This document shows, in pieces, positions 50,407-59,041 of a DNA stretch of 64,000 nucleotides. The DNA comes from an uncultured bacterium (GTDB lineage: Bacteria; Patescibacteriota; JACMRA01), in the NCBI GenBank assembly GCA_963704645.1, contig OY969926.1, positions 448,001 through 512,000 on the forward strand. The letters run 5' to 3'. The notes under the pieces were generated by a model. That model had not been told where the DNA came from and made no database searches. It saw only the letters and a list, made by a program, of their open reading frames with translations. The stretch's first letter is position 1, and the number at the start of each line of letters is the position of its first letter. The translations under genes were made by a program, and so were the position numbers.

Positions 50407-51483
50407 ATGATCAGTAAAATTACCAAATTAAATAAACTTCTACCTTTTGTTGCAATTGGTACCGTTGCAGACTGCCAAAGTGTTTTAGAGCCAACAAACC
50501 GCTTGTTAATAAAGTCTGGTCTACAGGTTTTAAATAAATCTAAACTTTATGATGGTTTAGAAAATCTTATTTCTAACTTAGACTTTAGAGCTAAAATTAA
50601 TTTTGGCTATGCCTTAGATTCTCAAGATCTTGGGTATGTTTTATCTCCTATTCTAAACGCTTCGGGCAGAATATCTCATGCTGAACTGTCCATTAAAACT
50701 TTAATAGGTGCAGATGAAAAAAATGCTACAGACTTAATTGATATAAATACACAAAGGAAAAACATTGTTAAAAGCTATATGGAAGAAATTAATTTAGAAG
50801 TGCTTAATCAAGTTAAATTAAAACAGAAGTTTATATTTTTAATGGGAAGCTGGAATAAAGGAATAGTTGGCTTACTTGCTTCCCGTATTCAAAATCAAAC
50901 AGGCTTGCCCGTAGCTATAGTGTCTTTAGACGAAACCGAAGCTACTGGAAGTTTTCGCGCTCCAGAATCTTATAATTTGCCGTTAATACTTGCTGAATGT
51001 GATCAATTCTTAAAAAAGTTTGGAGGGCATCCCCAAGCTGCTGGCTTTACACTAGACCTAAAGAATTTAGAGGTATTTAAAGAAAAGCTTTATTCAGTAA
51101 TTGATCAAATTAATATTAAAGATATTCCTGTTGATCCAAATTTTAAAAAAATAATTAAACTAAATTATAATGAAGTTAACAGCACTTTGATAAAATCAAT
51201 TTTAAGTTTAGATCCATTTGGACAAGACTTCCCAAGTCCAATAGTTACTATTGCTCAAAACGAAATGAAAGATATGAAATTTGTAGAAATGTCTGGTGGG
51301 AAACATTTAAAAACTAAAATTAACGATGTAGATGTTGCGTTTTTTAATTTAAACGATGAAGTGAGGAGTATTATCAATAACAATCGTACAGGTAATGCAA
51401 ACTTTCAATTTAGTGTAGGTAAAAATTTTTGGAACAAGCAGTATACTTATCAATTAATATTTCAAAACATAAGCATGGTGTAG
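50407..51483 (+). CDS. recJ: RecJ exonuclease, C-terminal DHHA1/OB half
   Basis: AIGTVAD, PILNASGR, GIVGLLASR, GSFR, GGHPQAAG and PFGQDFP. Confidence 0.85.
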   Translation: MISKITKLNKLLPFVAIGTVADCQSVLEPTNRLLIKSGLQVLNKSKLYDGLENLISNLDFRAKINFGYALDSQDLGYVLSPILNASGRISHAELSIKTLIGADEKNATDLIDINTQRKNIVKSYMEEINLEVLNQVKLKQKFIFLMGSWNKGIVGLLASRIQNQTGLPVAIVSLDETEATGSFRAPESYNLPLILAECDQFLKKFGGHPQAAGFTLDLKNLEVFKEKLYSVIDQINIKDIPVDPNFKKIIKLNYNEVNSTLIKSILSLDPFGQDFPSPIVTIAQNEMKDMKFVEMSGGKHLKTKINDVDVAFFNLNDEVRSIINNNRTGNANFQFSVGKNFWNKQYTYQLIFQNISMV

Positions 51484-51487
51484 TATT

Positions 51488-51844
51488 ATGAAAAAAATAT
51501 CAAACAAGTATTTTTCATTTTATATACCATTGTTCCTAATACTTTTATTTACTTGGTCTATTTTCGGATATGTCCAAGTTGAACTAAACACATATCTTTT
51601 TGCAAAAAATATTCCAACAGTAGAAAAACTTTGCAAAGATAACTCTCTAGAAGCTGATGCAGAGTTCAGATACTTTAAAATATTATTTTATAATAAAGGC
51701 TTAGAAACATCATCTGTATATTGCATATTTACTAACTCTGACCTAAATTTACGTCTAGATATAAATAAAAACAAAGAATGGAGAGTGGTTTTTACAAGCC
51801 AACTAAATAAGGATCGTAGTTGGTATTGGCCATTATATTTTTAA
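51488..51844 (+). CDS. Hypothetical protein with N-terminal TM segment
   Basis: 118-aa ORF 4 nt after the recJ C-half. Confidence 0.6.
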   Translation: MKKISNKYFSFYIPLFLILLFTWSIFGYVQVELNTYLFAKNIPTVEKLCKDNSLEADAEFRYFKILFYNKGLETSSVYCIFTNSDLNLRLDINKNKEWRVVFTSQLNKDRSWYWPLYF

Positions 51845-51845
51845 A

Positions 51846-52112
51846 CTAAAACAAATTACTATTTGTGTTGCTATTATCTGGTTTTTGGGTATTGTCTAAA
51901 TTAATTTGACTATTAAAATTGGCAATTGTCCTATTTAAAGCGTCAACAGTAATAATTCCATTTACTAAAAATAAACTAAATAATAGTAATATTACAATTA
52001 GGCTGTTTCTTGGTTTATAGCTTTTGCTATATATATTGAATAAAGCTATGCCAAGTATTATTGCTCCGCAAATCCCAAAAAATAAAAATATATATTTTAA
52101 GAAGTCTAACAT
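51846..52112 (-). CDS. Small 2-TM hypothetical protein
   Basis: 88-aa ORF downstream of trxA. Confidence 0.55.
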   Translation of the reverse strand: MLDFLKYIFLFFGICGAIILGIALFNIYSKSYKPRNSLIVILLLFSLFLVNGIITVDALNRTIANFNSQINLDNTQKPDNSNTNSNLF

Positions 52113-52129
52113 TAATTATTATTTAATTA

Positions 52130-52477
52130 TTATAAATGCTTCAAAATACCATCTTTCAAGTTTTCGTAGCTTGTTACTCCAGTAAAATTTACTAGCTTTT
52201 CAATTTCACCACCCGAAATTTTTACTAAGAACATTGATGGTATGCTGCGAACACCAAATTCAGCAGACCTATCTGAATCTTGGTCAACGTTAATTTTACC
52301 AATTCTTAAATCTGAAAGCTTAGGATCAGTTTCTTCGCTAACTAACTTAAGTAAAGTTGGCTCCATTTTTACACAAGGTCCGCACCAAGGTGCCCAAAAA
52401 TCAAGCAAAAATAAACCATCTACTTCTTTAAAGCTTTTGTTTGATAAATCAATAATTTTTGGGTTGGCATCAGACAT
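52130..52477 (-). CDS. trxA: Thioredoxin
   Basis: DFWAPWCGPC; start ATG 52477, downstream of the tRNA. Confidence 0.93.
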   Translation of the reverse strand: MSDANPKIIDLSNKSFKEVDGLFLLDFWAPWCGPCVKMEPTLLKLVSEETDPKLSDLRIGKINVDQDSDRSAEFGVRSIPSMFLVKISGGEIEKLVNFTGVTSYENLKDGILKHL

Positions 52478-52491
52478 AAAATTTTTTAAAT

Positions 52492-52566
52492 TGGTGGGTG
52501 ATAGAGGATTCGAACCTCTGACCTTTGCCGTGTAAAGGCACTGCGCTACCGCTGCGCCAATCACCC
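52492..52566 (-). tRNA. tRNA-Val(TAC)
   Basis: Cloverleaf; anticodon loop TTTACAC; encoded CCA. Confidence 0.96.
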
Positions 52567-52653
52567 AATTCTCTATTATGTAAAGGATTAGCTTTGTGTT
52601 GTCAAACAATTTTGACATATATTCAATACTCAGATAGATTATAAGTATTCAAT

Positions 52654-53130
52654 ATGGATATAAAAACCAAAGTATTTAGTTTAATAGTTTTACTTTTACT
52701 AGCTCTGCCAATAGTTTTAGGTACACAAAATTCTGGCGGGCAAGTACTTGGAGCTTCTGAAAATAACCAAACGGGATCTATTTCTGCAGCAAACACAAAT
52801 CAAAGCACTGCTATTCCCATACAAGGTAGAATTGGTGAAATTGCTAGTGGAGCCAGTGAAGTTGTAAGTGCAGATACGGCTGAGGCTTCAAAAGTTTTTA
52901 AGGGTAGGGTAATATGGGAAGACAATGCTAAATGGAAGGTTGTTTCAGATAAATTTCCAAAAGGATCTGGTATTGAAGTTAAATTTAATGGTAAGGCTTT
53001 TCCGTTGGTTGTAGAAGAGACAAGAATACTTTCTAGCGATACAACATTGGTTGTTAACAAAGAAACCTTCATTAAGTTAGGTGGAGATCCAGAAACAAGT
53101 TCATATATTGAAGTTGAAGTAATTAGTTAA
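52654..53130 (+). CDS. Secreted hypothetical protein, possible RlpA-like barrel
   Basis: Signal/TM, QVLGA, then FPKGSGIEV...ETFIKLG pattern. Confidence 0.55.
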   Translation: MDIKTKVFSLIVLLLLALPIVLGTQNSGGQVLGASENNQTGSISAANTNQSTAIPIQGRIGEIASGASEVVSADTAEASKVFKGRVIWEDNAKWKVVSDKFPKGSGIEVKFNGKAFPLVVEETRILSSDTTLVVNKETFIKLGGDPETSSYIEVEVIS

Positions 53131-53136
53131 TTCTGT

Positions 53137-53631
53137 ATGCAAAATCAAAAAGTACTGCTATGGTCGTTAACCATTATGTTAATTATTAGCATGTCTGGTT
53201 TGCTATTTGTACTATTTTTATACAGACAGCAAGAAACAAATTTTCAACAAGAAAGACTTGCTTTGCAAAATAGCATATCTAACCAAAAGCGTGACAAAGA
53301 TACAATATCAATAATATGGGAAGAGCAGGCAGCTCAAAATGATATATTAGTAAACAGACAAACTGCTTTGCTGGATCAGGTAAATTTATATTTGAGTAAT
53401 GTTTCCAAGTCTATTCGGTTCGTGAATACTGTTCCGCAGTTTACCCCTGATGCTAACGAAACAAGTTTCAAGCTTCAGCTTAGCAATTTGCAAACAGCAA
53501 TAAACAATTTGAATACAGCAACTTCTACGAATAATTTAAAAAAGGAAGAATATAAATTAAAAATAGAAACTATATATCAACAGTCTGGGGAAGATTTAAA
53601 AAATAGGGCCAACCCTGACGGAATTAAATAA
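53137..53631 (+). CDS. TM-anchored coiled-coil protein
   Basis: N-terminal TM followed by Q/N-rich helices. Confidence 0.6.
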   Translation: MQNQKVLLWSLTIMLIISMSGLLFVLFLYRQQETNFQQERLALQNSISNQKRDKDTISIIWEEQAAQNDILVNRQTALLDQVNLYLSNVSKSIRFVNTVPQFTPDANETSFKLQLSNLQTAINNLNTATSTNNLKKEEYKLKIETIYQQSGEDLKNRANPDGIK

Positions 53632-53734
53632 TCTTTTAAAGTTTAGTATTGTAAAAGTGAACTATTACGGGTTGTCGTAAATGCTGATTTGACTAAAACT
53701 AATTTAATGGTAACTTTAAATTAAGCATAATAGT

Positions 53735-54172
53735 ATGTACAATAATAATAGTAACCCTTCTGGCTCATATAACAATGGTGGCCAGTATAATGATAGAAAT
53801 AATGATAGAAATTCCGGCTCATACGGTTCTAATTCTGGATCTTACGGTTCAAATAGAAACAATGGCGGTAGCCAAGGAACTCCTCACGTTGAGTTATACA
53901 GCACCAAAATTTTAGCAGGAACAAGAACATACTTTTTAAACTTGAAAGAGGATAGAAAAGGAAATAAGTACTTGGTAATAAAAGAATCCAAAAGAACTCA
54001 GGATGGAACTTTTGAAAAACATCAAATAATTATTTATCAGGAAGATTTCGCCAAATTAACTACTGGTTTGAATGATGTATTTACTTTCTTACAAAGTGGT
54101 AATAACTCACAAGAATCTAACGAACAGCAACAGCCTGAAGCTACTTCTTCTGAAGAAGCCGAAATGAGTTAA
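53735..54172 (+). CDS. PUR-family (DUF3276) single-stranded nucleic-acid-binding protein
   Basis: ELYSTKILAGTRTYFLNLKE...YLVIKESKR...IIIYQED. Confidence 0.85.
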   Translation: MYNNNSNPSGSYNNGGQYNDRNNDRNSGSYGSNSGSYGSNRNNGGSQGTPHVELYSTKILAGTRTYFLNLKEDRKGNKYLVIKESKRTQDGTFEKHQIIIYQEDFAKLTTGLNDVFTFLQSGNNSQESNEQQQPEATSSEEAEMS

Positions 54173-54199
54173 TTTATATCATTCGTTTAAGAATAAAGA

Positions 54200-54228
54200 T
54201 AATTCCCCGAAAGGGGGTTATTTTTTTG
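54200..54228 (+). terminator. Intrinsic terminator
   Basis: TAATTCCCC-GAAA-GGGGGTTA plus T7. Confidence 0.8.
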
Positions 54229-54490
54229 GAAATAAATATTCTTTAAGGTTAATAATTAAATGCCAAGTGTAAAATAACAATTTCCTGTTTAAATTGTTTA
54301 ATTAATCTGAGCTGTAGAAATTTTTGTAGCTTTTTTATTGCATATGTTTAATTAACGGCTCTTGATAATAATTTATGTAATAAAGTTTATTCTCTAAATA
54401 ACAGTGTTATACCCTTCACTTTTTAATTTATACTTATAAAATGTCTTTCTAGTTTAATTTTTTTTGCAACATTTTTTATTTTTGGAAAAC

Positions 54491-54515
54491 AAAAATCTCC
54501 CCTTTAGGGAGAGAT
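54491..54515 (-). terminator. Terminator after the 5S rRNA
   Basis: ATCTC(T)CCC-loop-GGGAGAT hairpin plus U-run. Confidence 0.7.
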
Positions 54516-54520
54516 CAATG

Positions 54521-54639
54521 ACACCGGTTTTGGCCTATTTTCCCCAGTCTCTGCAGACTAGTATCATCAGCGTAAATGCGTTTCAAGACTCTGTTCGGAA
54601 TGTGAAGAGTTGGTGCCACACCACTTGAAAAACCGATGT
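54521..54639 (-). rRNA. rrf: 5S rRNA, stand-alone
   Basis: 119 nt; terminal helix ACATCGGTTTT/AAAACCGGTGT; CATTCCGAAC loop C; GATGATACT...GGGAAAATAGG loop E. Confidence 0.9.
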
Positions 54640-54675
54640 TTAATTTGTGTAATTATTTTTGATGTTTGTCAAATA

Positions 54676-55719
54676 TTACCTTAAATTAATCTTTTTTACA
54701 GACTTTCTGCTATTGTACCATAGCAATGTACCTGTACTAGCTATTAATGCGATTATGATTCCAGTTATTACTGCAGGCCCACCTGTTCTTGGCGTAGTTG
54801 TTGACCCTGTGGTTGAAGCAGTTCCGGTTGTAGTGGTAGCTCCTGTGGTTCCAGTTGTAGAAGTAGTAGCTCCTGTAGTTGTTGTGCCAGTTGTAGCTGT
54901 TGCCCCAGTTGTTCCAGTTGTGCTTGTTGCTCCTGTGGTTGAAGTCGCTCCGGTTGTAGTGGTAGCGCCAGTAGTAGTTGTCGCACCTGTTGAAGTAGTC
55001 CCAGTAGTTGCTGTAGCTCCGGTTGTAGTGGTAGCTCCAGTTGTTCCTGTGGTTGAAGTAGTAGTTCCAGTTGTTGTATTAGTAGGGGCTGCAACAGAAA
55101 AATTGTATATTCTTCTTCCTGGTCTTCTTGTTTCTTGGTAATCTGGAGATAGTAATGAATCTTCATCAAAAGTTAAAGTTGCTGTTTGTCCAGCAGTTGC
55201 ACCAGATGCTACGCTAACCAAAATTCTTATACATCCTGTAGCTTTTTCACGTAAACCAGATTCTCCAGTAGGAAGTATTCCTGCTGTGCTTGTGCCGCCA
55301 GCGGAAGTTGTGCTTCTAGAGGTTTGCAAACCGTATGTTAAGCTTGTAGTTGTAGCTAAACCGGCACTAATGCCATAAACTGGACCAGAGTAAGCTGTAC
55401 AAATTGCCTCCTGAGGTGGGTTTTCTCCATCTGTTCTAAGTGGAGATCCATAATAACTGTCTTGGAAGTCAGCTGTGTTAAACACAAACCCTGAACCAGC
55501 GAGGTTTGCAGTGGCAACGGCATTTCTGATATCTAAATCTGAGTTTACACTTCCGTAAGGAATAAGTAATGTAGTTGGGGCGGTGCTATCTGCAGGTATT
55601 GGATTAATTGTTGTGGTAATATCTGCAAGTCTAGCTTGAGCTGTAATTGAAGAGGTAAGGCCAACAATTGATAGTACAAATAAACTTATAGCTATAATAT
55701 TGTTAATTTTGTAGTTCAT
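54676..55719 (-). CDS. Surface protein with Thr-rich stalk and TPRTG sorting signal
   Basis: Signal peptide; TTGATT-like repeats; TPRTGG, TM and basic tail. Confidence 0.85.
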   Translation of the reverse strand: MNYKINNIIAISLFVLSIVGLTSSITAQARLADITTTINPIPADSTAPTTLLIPYGSVNSDLDIRNAVATANLAGSGFVFNTADFQDSYYGSPLRTDGENPPQEAICTAYSGPVYGISAGLATTTSLTYGLQTSRSTTSAGGTSTAGILPTGESGLREKATGCIRILVSVASGATAGQTATLTFDEDSLLSPDYQETRRPGRRIYNFSVAAPTNTTTGTTTSTTGTTGATTTTGATATTGTTSTGATTTTGATTTTGATSTTGATSTTGTTGATATTGTTTTGATTSTTGTTGATTTTGTASTTGSTTTPRTGGPAVITGIIIALIASTGTLLWYNSRKSVKKINLR

Positions 55720-55754
55720 ATTTTTGTTTTATTTTTTGTATTTATTTAAATTAA

Positions 55755-57530
55755 TTATCCACCAACATAGAAATTTAAGTTATATGAGTCTCTTAACAAA
55801 GTGTTACCTGAAGTTGCAGTTGCAATTACATTGTAGTAATTGACGGTTTGATCTACTGCTGCAAGAGTAGTTTCGCACGCACCATTTGTGATATTTGATG
55901 TATATGTTCTTAGAATATTTGCTGGAATGTATGGTCTAGGGAATCTAATAAATTCAAAAGTGCAGGTTCCAGTTGTAAGAGTTACTCCGTTTGAATCTTT
56001 CAATTCGTCATATACAATTTTCATTGTTCCATCTTTAAATTTCTGTGTTGTATTACAGTTGGTGTTTTCTCTAGTCACTAAGTCGAAGTTTACAGTTGTG
56101 TTGCTTAAACCTACACAGTAAAGTCTTCCAGATCTTACAGCAACAATTGCTGGGGCTAAAGTAATATTTCCACTATCAACTGGTGTTCCAGCGTCGTTGT
56201 ATTGTAATAAAACATTTCTATCTCCAGCAGTTCCTCCAGTTGTTGGAATTGGACAGACAAGTGATGCAGCAGCAGTTCCATTTCCAGTAATTGTACAGTC
56301 AGTACCGTAACCGCCAGAAACAGGAGTCAAATCTGTAGCTGCATTTCCGTTTTGACTTGTAGTTCCATTAATACCATTGGTAGGTGCGGCATAGTTATTA
56401 GCAGCGTCTCCTGTTAAAGGAAATACACAAGATGAAGAAGTTCCAATTGGGGTTGGGTTTGGAGTGCATACACCAGTTCCAACATTTGCAGGGGCTATTA
56501 CTGTTGGAGGGATGGTCGCGGCTTGCAAAGTTACATTTCCTTTATCTGCAGGACTTCCTGTTCCACCATATTGTAGTAAAACATTTCTATCTCCAGGTGT
56601 TCCTCCAGTTGTTGGAATAGTTGTACAACTTAATGCTGCAGATGCAGTTCCATTGCCAGTAATAGTACAAGCAGGGCTATAACCACCAGAAACAGGGGTT
56701 AAATCTGTGGCTGCATTTCCATTTTGACTTGTTGAACCTGCAATTCCACCAGAAGGTAGAACATAGTTATTTTGTGCGTTTCCTGTAAGTGGGAAAGTGC
56801 AGTTATAAGTTGTGTTAACAGTGGTAGATGATGGAGTACATGTTCCATTGCTTGTGTTAGCAGCAGCAATAGTTGTTGGGGAAGATGCAACTACACTAAT
56901 ATTTAAGGAAGCAGCTCCTCCGCTTGCACCATCCAAAGTTGTTTCAGCTATAATTGCAAAGTTAACTGTATTGCCGGCAACTAGACCTTGATCAGATCTA
57001 AGTGTTGCTCTGAAAGTAATGACACCAGTTTTAGCAGCTGGCCATGTGCCTGGGTCTGAAGGTGAGGCTTCAGGTGCTGAAGTTAAGGTTGCAGGGCCTG
57101 CAGTTGACTGACCATTACATGGTGCAGTTAAAGTGGTTGCAGATCTTGGTCTGTATGAAAGTGAAGTAGATCCGTCACCAGCTACCGTAACAATGCCTGA
57201 AGCGTCACTTACACAATACATAGGAGAGGTTGTTCCTCCAAATTGTTCTGTTAAAGAATTAGCTACGTAGGTTAATTTATTATTCAAAAATATTGTTGTT
57301 ACAGCGTTAGCTATAGAGTCACTATCTCCTGCGTTAATATACTGTATTGTAAATACACCAGTTTGCCCAGGTGATAAAGATACAACTGAAGCTGCCTGTG
57401 CAGTTTGATTATTTCTGTTTATTAAAGAATAACTTACTCCTAATATTGATATTAATAATATAGCTAAAGCAGCTATACTAATTTTGCCCATTCTAGATTT
57501 AAAAAAACTATTAATATTTTTTAGTGTCAT
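55755..57530 (-). CDS. Cys/Thr-rich surface protein
   Basis: N-terminal TM; first domain paralogous to the 47252 gene; two 124-aa repeats (372-bp period). Confidence 0.85.
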   Translation of the reverse strand: MTLKNINSFFKSRMGKISIAALAILLISILGVSYSLINRNNQTAQAASVVSLSPGQTGVFTIQYINAGDSDSIANAVTTIFLNNKLTYVANSLTEQFGGTTSPMYCVSDASGIVTVAGDGSTSLSYRPRSATTLTAPCNGQSTAGPATLTSAPEASPSDPGTWPAAKTGVITFRATLRSDQGLVAGNTVNFAIIAETTLDGASGGAASLNISVVASSPTTIAAANTSNGTCTPSSTTVNTTYNCTFPLTGNAQNNYVLPSGGIAGSTSQNGNAATDLTPVSGGYSPACTITGNGTASAALSCTTIPTTGGTPGDRNVLLQYGGTGSPADKGNVTLQAATIPPTVIAPANVGTGVCTPNPTPIGTSSSCVFPLTGDAANNYAAPTNGINGTTSQNGNAATDLTPVSGGYGTDCTITGNGTAAASLVCPIPTTGGTAGDRNVLLQYNDAGTPVDSGNITLAPAIVAVRSGRLYCVGLSNTTVNFDLVTRENTNCNTTQKFKDGTMKIVYDELKDSNGVTLTTGTCTFEFIRFPRPYIPANILRTYTSNITNGACETTLAAVDQTVNYYNVIATATSGNTLLRDSYNLNFYVGG

Positions 57531-57583
57531 ATTTATTTTTGTTTTACTTATCGTATTATATTTTATTGTATTGAAGTTGTAAA

Positions 57584-58327
57584 TTAATTTTTTGGTGTAA
57601 CTTCAAAAAACACTAAATCTATTTTACCTTTACTATCTCCTTCATCGCTAAGGTAAGAATAAATTCTACTGTTTTCTCCAACAGCTTTTGTGGTGGCCAT
57701 TTCTACATCAAAAATAATTTTACCTGCGTCACCTGCCATAACCTGACTAAAGTTTTTATCTGTGCTGCCAGGGCCATATTGAATTACGTTTTTAGTTGAA
57801 TCATACAAATTCGTATCATTAATATTAATTGCTTCTTTTCCAGAAATTTCTTCTTTCATAGAGTTTTTTACTAAAGAAAGACCATCTCCTAGTTTAATTA
57901 AGACACTTCCTTTTTTCATACTTTCGTCACCAATGTTTGAATAGTTTACAGTCATTCTGTACTTTTGACCTTGTCTAATTTTGAAAAGAGTGAATCTTTC
58001 GCTTGGCTTTTCAGTTTCTGGGTCGAATGGCTTACTATTAAAATCTGCAAGCGATATTTCTGCATTGTTTTTATCTTCGGCACTTAAACTTTGTAATGGT
58101 ACATTCTGTTTAGTATCCTGTAAGCTGGCTGTGTTACTTGGACTAGCTTGTGTTTGTTTATCATTAGCATTGCCTGAATTTTTGGTATTAAGAGTAAGTG
58201 TTAAAACTACTATAATAATTAGAAGTGTCGATGCTACACCCCCAATAACAAGTAGTGTTTTTTTGTTGTTTTCTTTTTTTGCATGCAAAGACTTTTTGTC
58301 CTTTTCGTGAATGTTTGTTTCTGTCAT
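57584..58327 (-). CDS. TM-anchored protein with a DUF11-like domain
   Basis: GQKYRMTVNYSNIGD...GLSLVKNS pattern; first gene of the surface-protein run. Confidence 0.65.
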   Translation of the reverse strand: MTETNIHEKDKKSLHAKKENNKKTLLVIGGVASTLLIIIVVLTLTLNTKNSGNANDKQTQASPSNTASLQDTKQNVPLQSLSAEDKNNAEISLADFNSKPFDPETEKPSERFTLFKIRQGQKYRMTVNYSNIGDESMKKGSVLIKLGDGLSLVKNSMKEEISGKEAININDTNLYDSTKNVIQYGPGSTDKNFSQVMAGDAGKIIFDVEMATTKAVGENSRIYSYLSDEGDSKGKIDLVFFEVTPKN

Positions 58328-58592
58328 ATTTATTTATGTTTTAAAGATAAACTTATTATACAGTAAGAATTACTTTTAATCAAAATAGGAGTGTTATTAA
58401 TTATAGAATCTATTTAAGGCATTATTAAAATTCTTAAGAATCAGCATCTTTAAAAGATAAGCCAATTCTCTCAATCATGAATCTTTCAATTAACTGAGTA
58501 TAAAGCTTGAGCCTTAGTTTATAATTTATTTTCTAAGATAGGACATCAAAAAAAGAGGGTTGCCCCTCTAATTCGTTAATATTTAAACTATA

Positions 58593-58940
58593 CTATTTAA
58601 TTTCTTCAGAAGCCTTTTCAAGTCTATCTTTAACTTCTCCTTTTACGCTTTCTTTAACTTCTTCTATCTTTTCTTTTACATTTTCTTTAACTTCCTCCTC
58701 CTTTTTTAATAAATTTTTTCCAGCAACTCTGGCTTTATTTAATAATTCTTCTTTAGTTTTATCTGCGTATTTTATTGCTTTAGCTGCCTCTGTGCTAATT
58801 TTATTTCTATTTTCTAAGCCAGTTTTTGGATTGAAAAAGTGAGAAACGAAAAATCCGGTAATACCAGAAAAGATGCCAGTGAATAATGTAGCTGCAAATA
58901 TTTTGCGCTGTCTTTGTTTGTTGAATTTTTGGAAGAACAT
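58593..58940 (-). CDS. YtxH-like protein
   Basis: TM followed by PKTGLENR and charged helical repeats. Confidence 0.7.
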   Translation of the reverse strand: MFFQKFNKQRQRKIFAATLFTGIFSGITGFFVSHFFNPKTGLENRNKISTEAAKAIKYADKTKEELLNKARVAGKNLLKKEEEVKENVKEKIEEVKESVKGEVKDRLEKASEEIK

Positions 58941-59041
58941 ACTAAGCCCAAATTATTCTAAATAATAGGTACTGTCAAATAGTAAGGCTGAATGAATAAT
59001 TTTTGACATTAGGCTTTAAGCAAGGTATCATACTGGTAAAC

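Noticed and set aside
54659-55169. Val/Pro-rich and Gln/Leu-rich ORFs, and similar ones at 31556, 38016 and 61991
   Set aside because: Antisense or alternate-frame shadows of Thr-rich coding repeats
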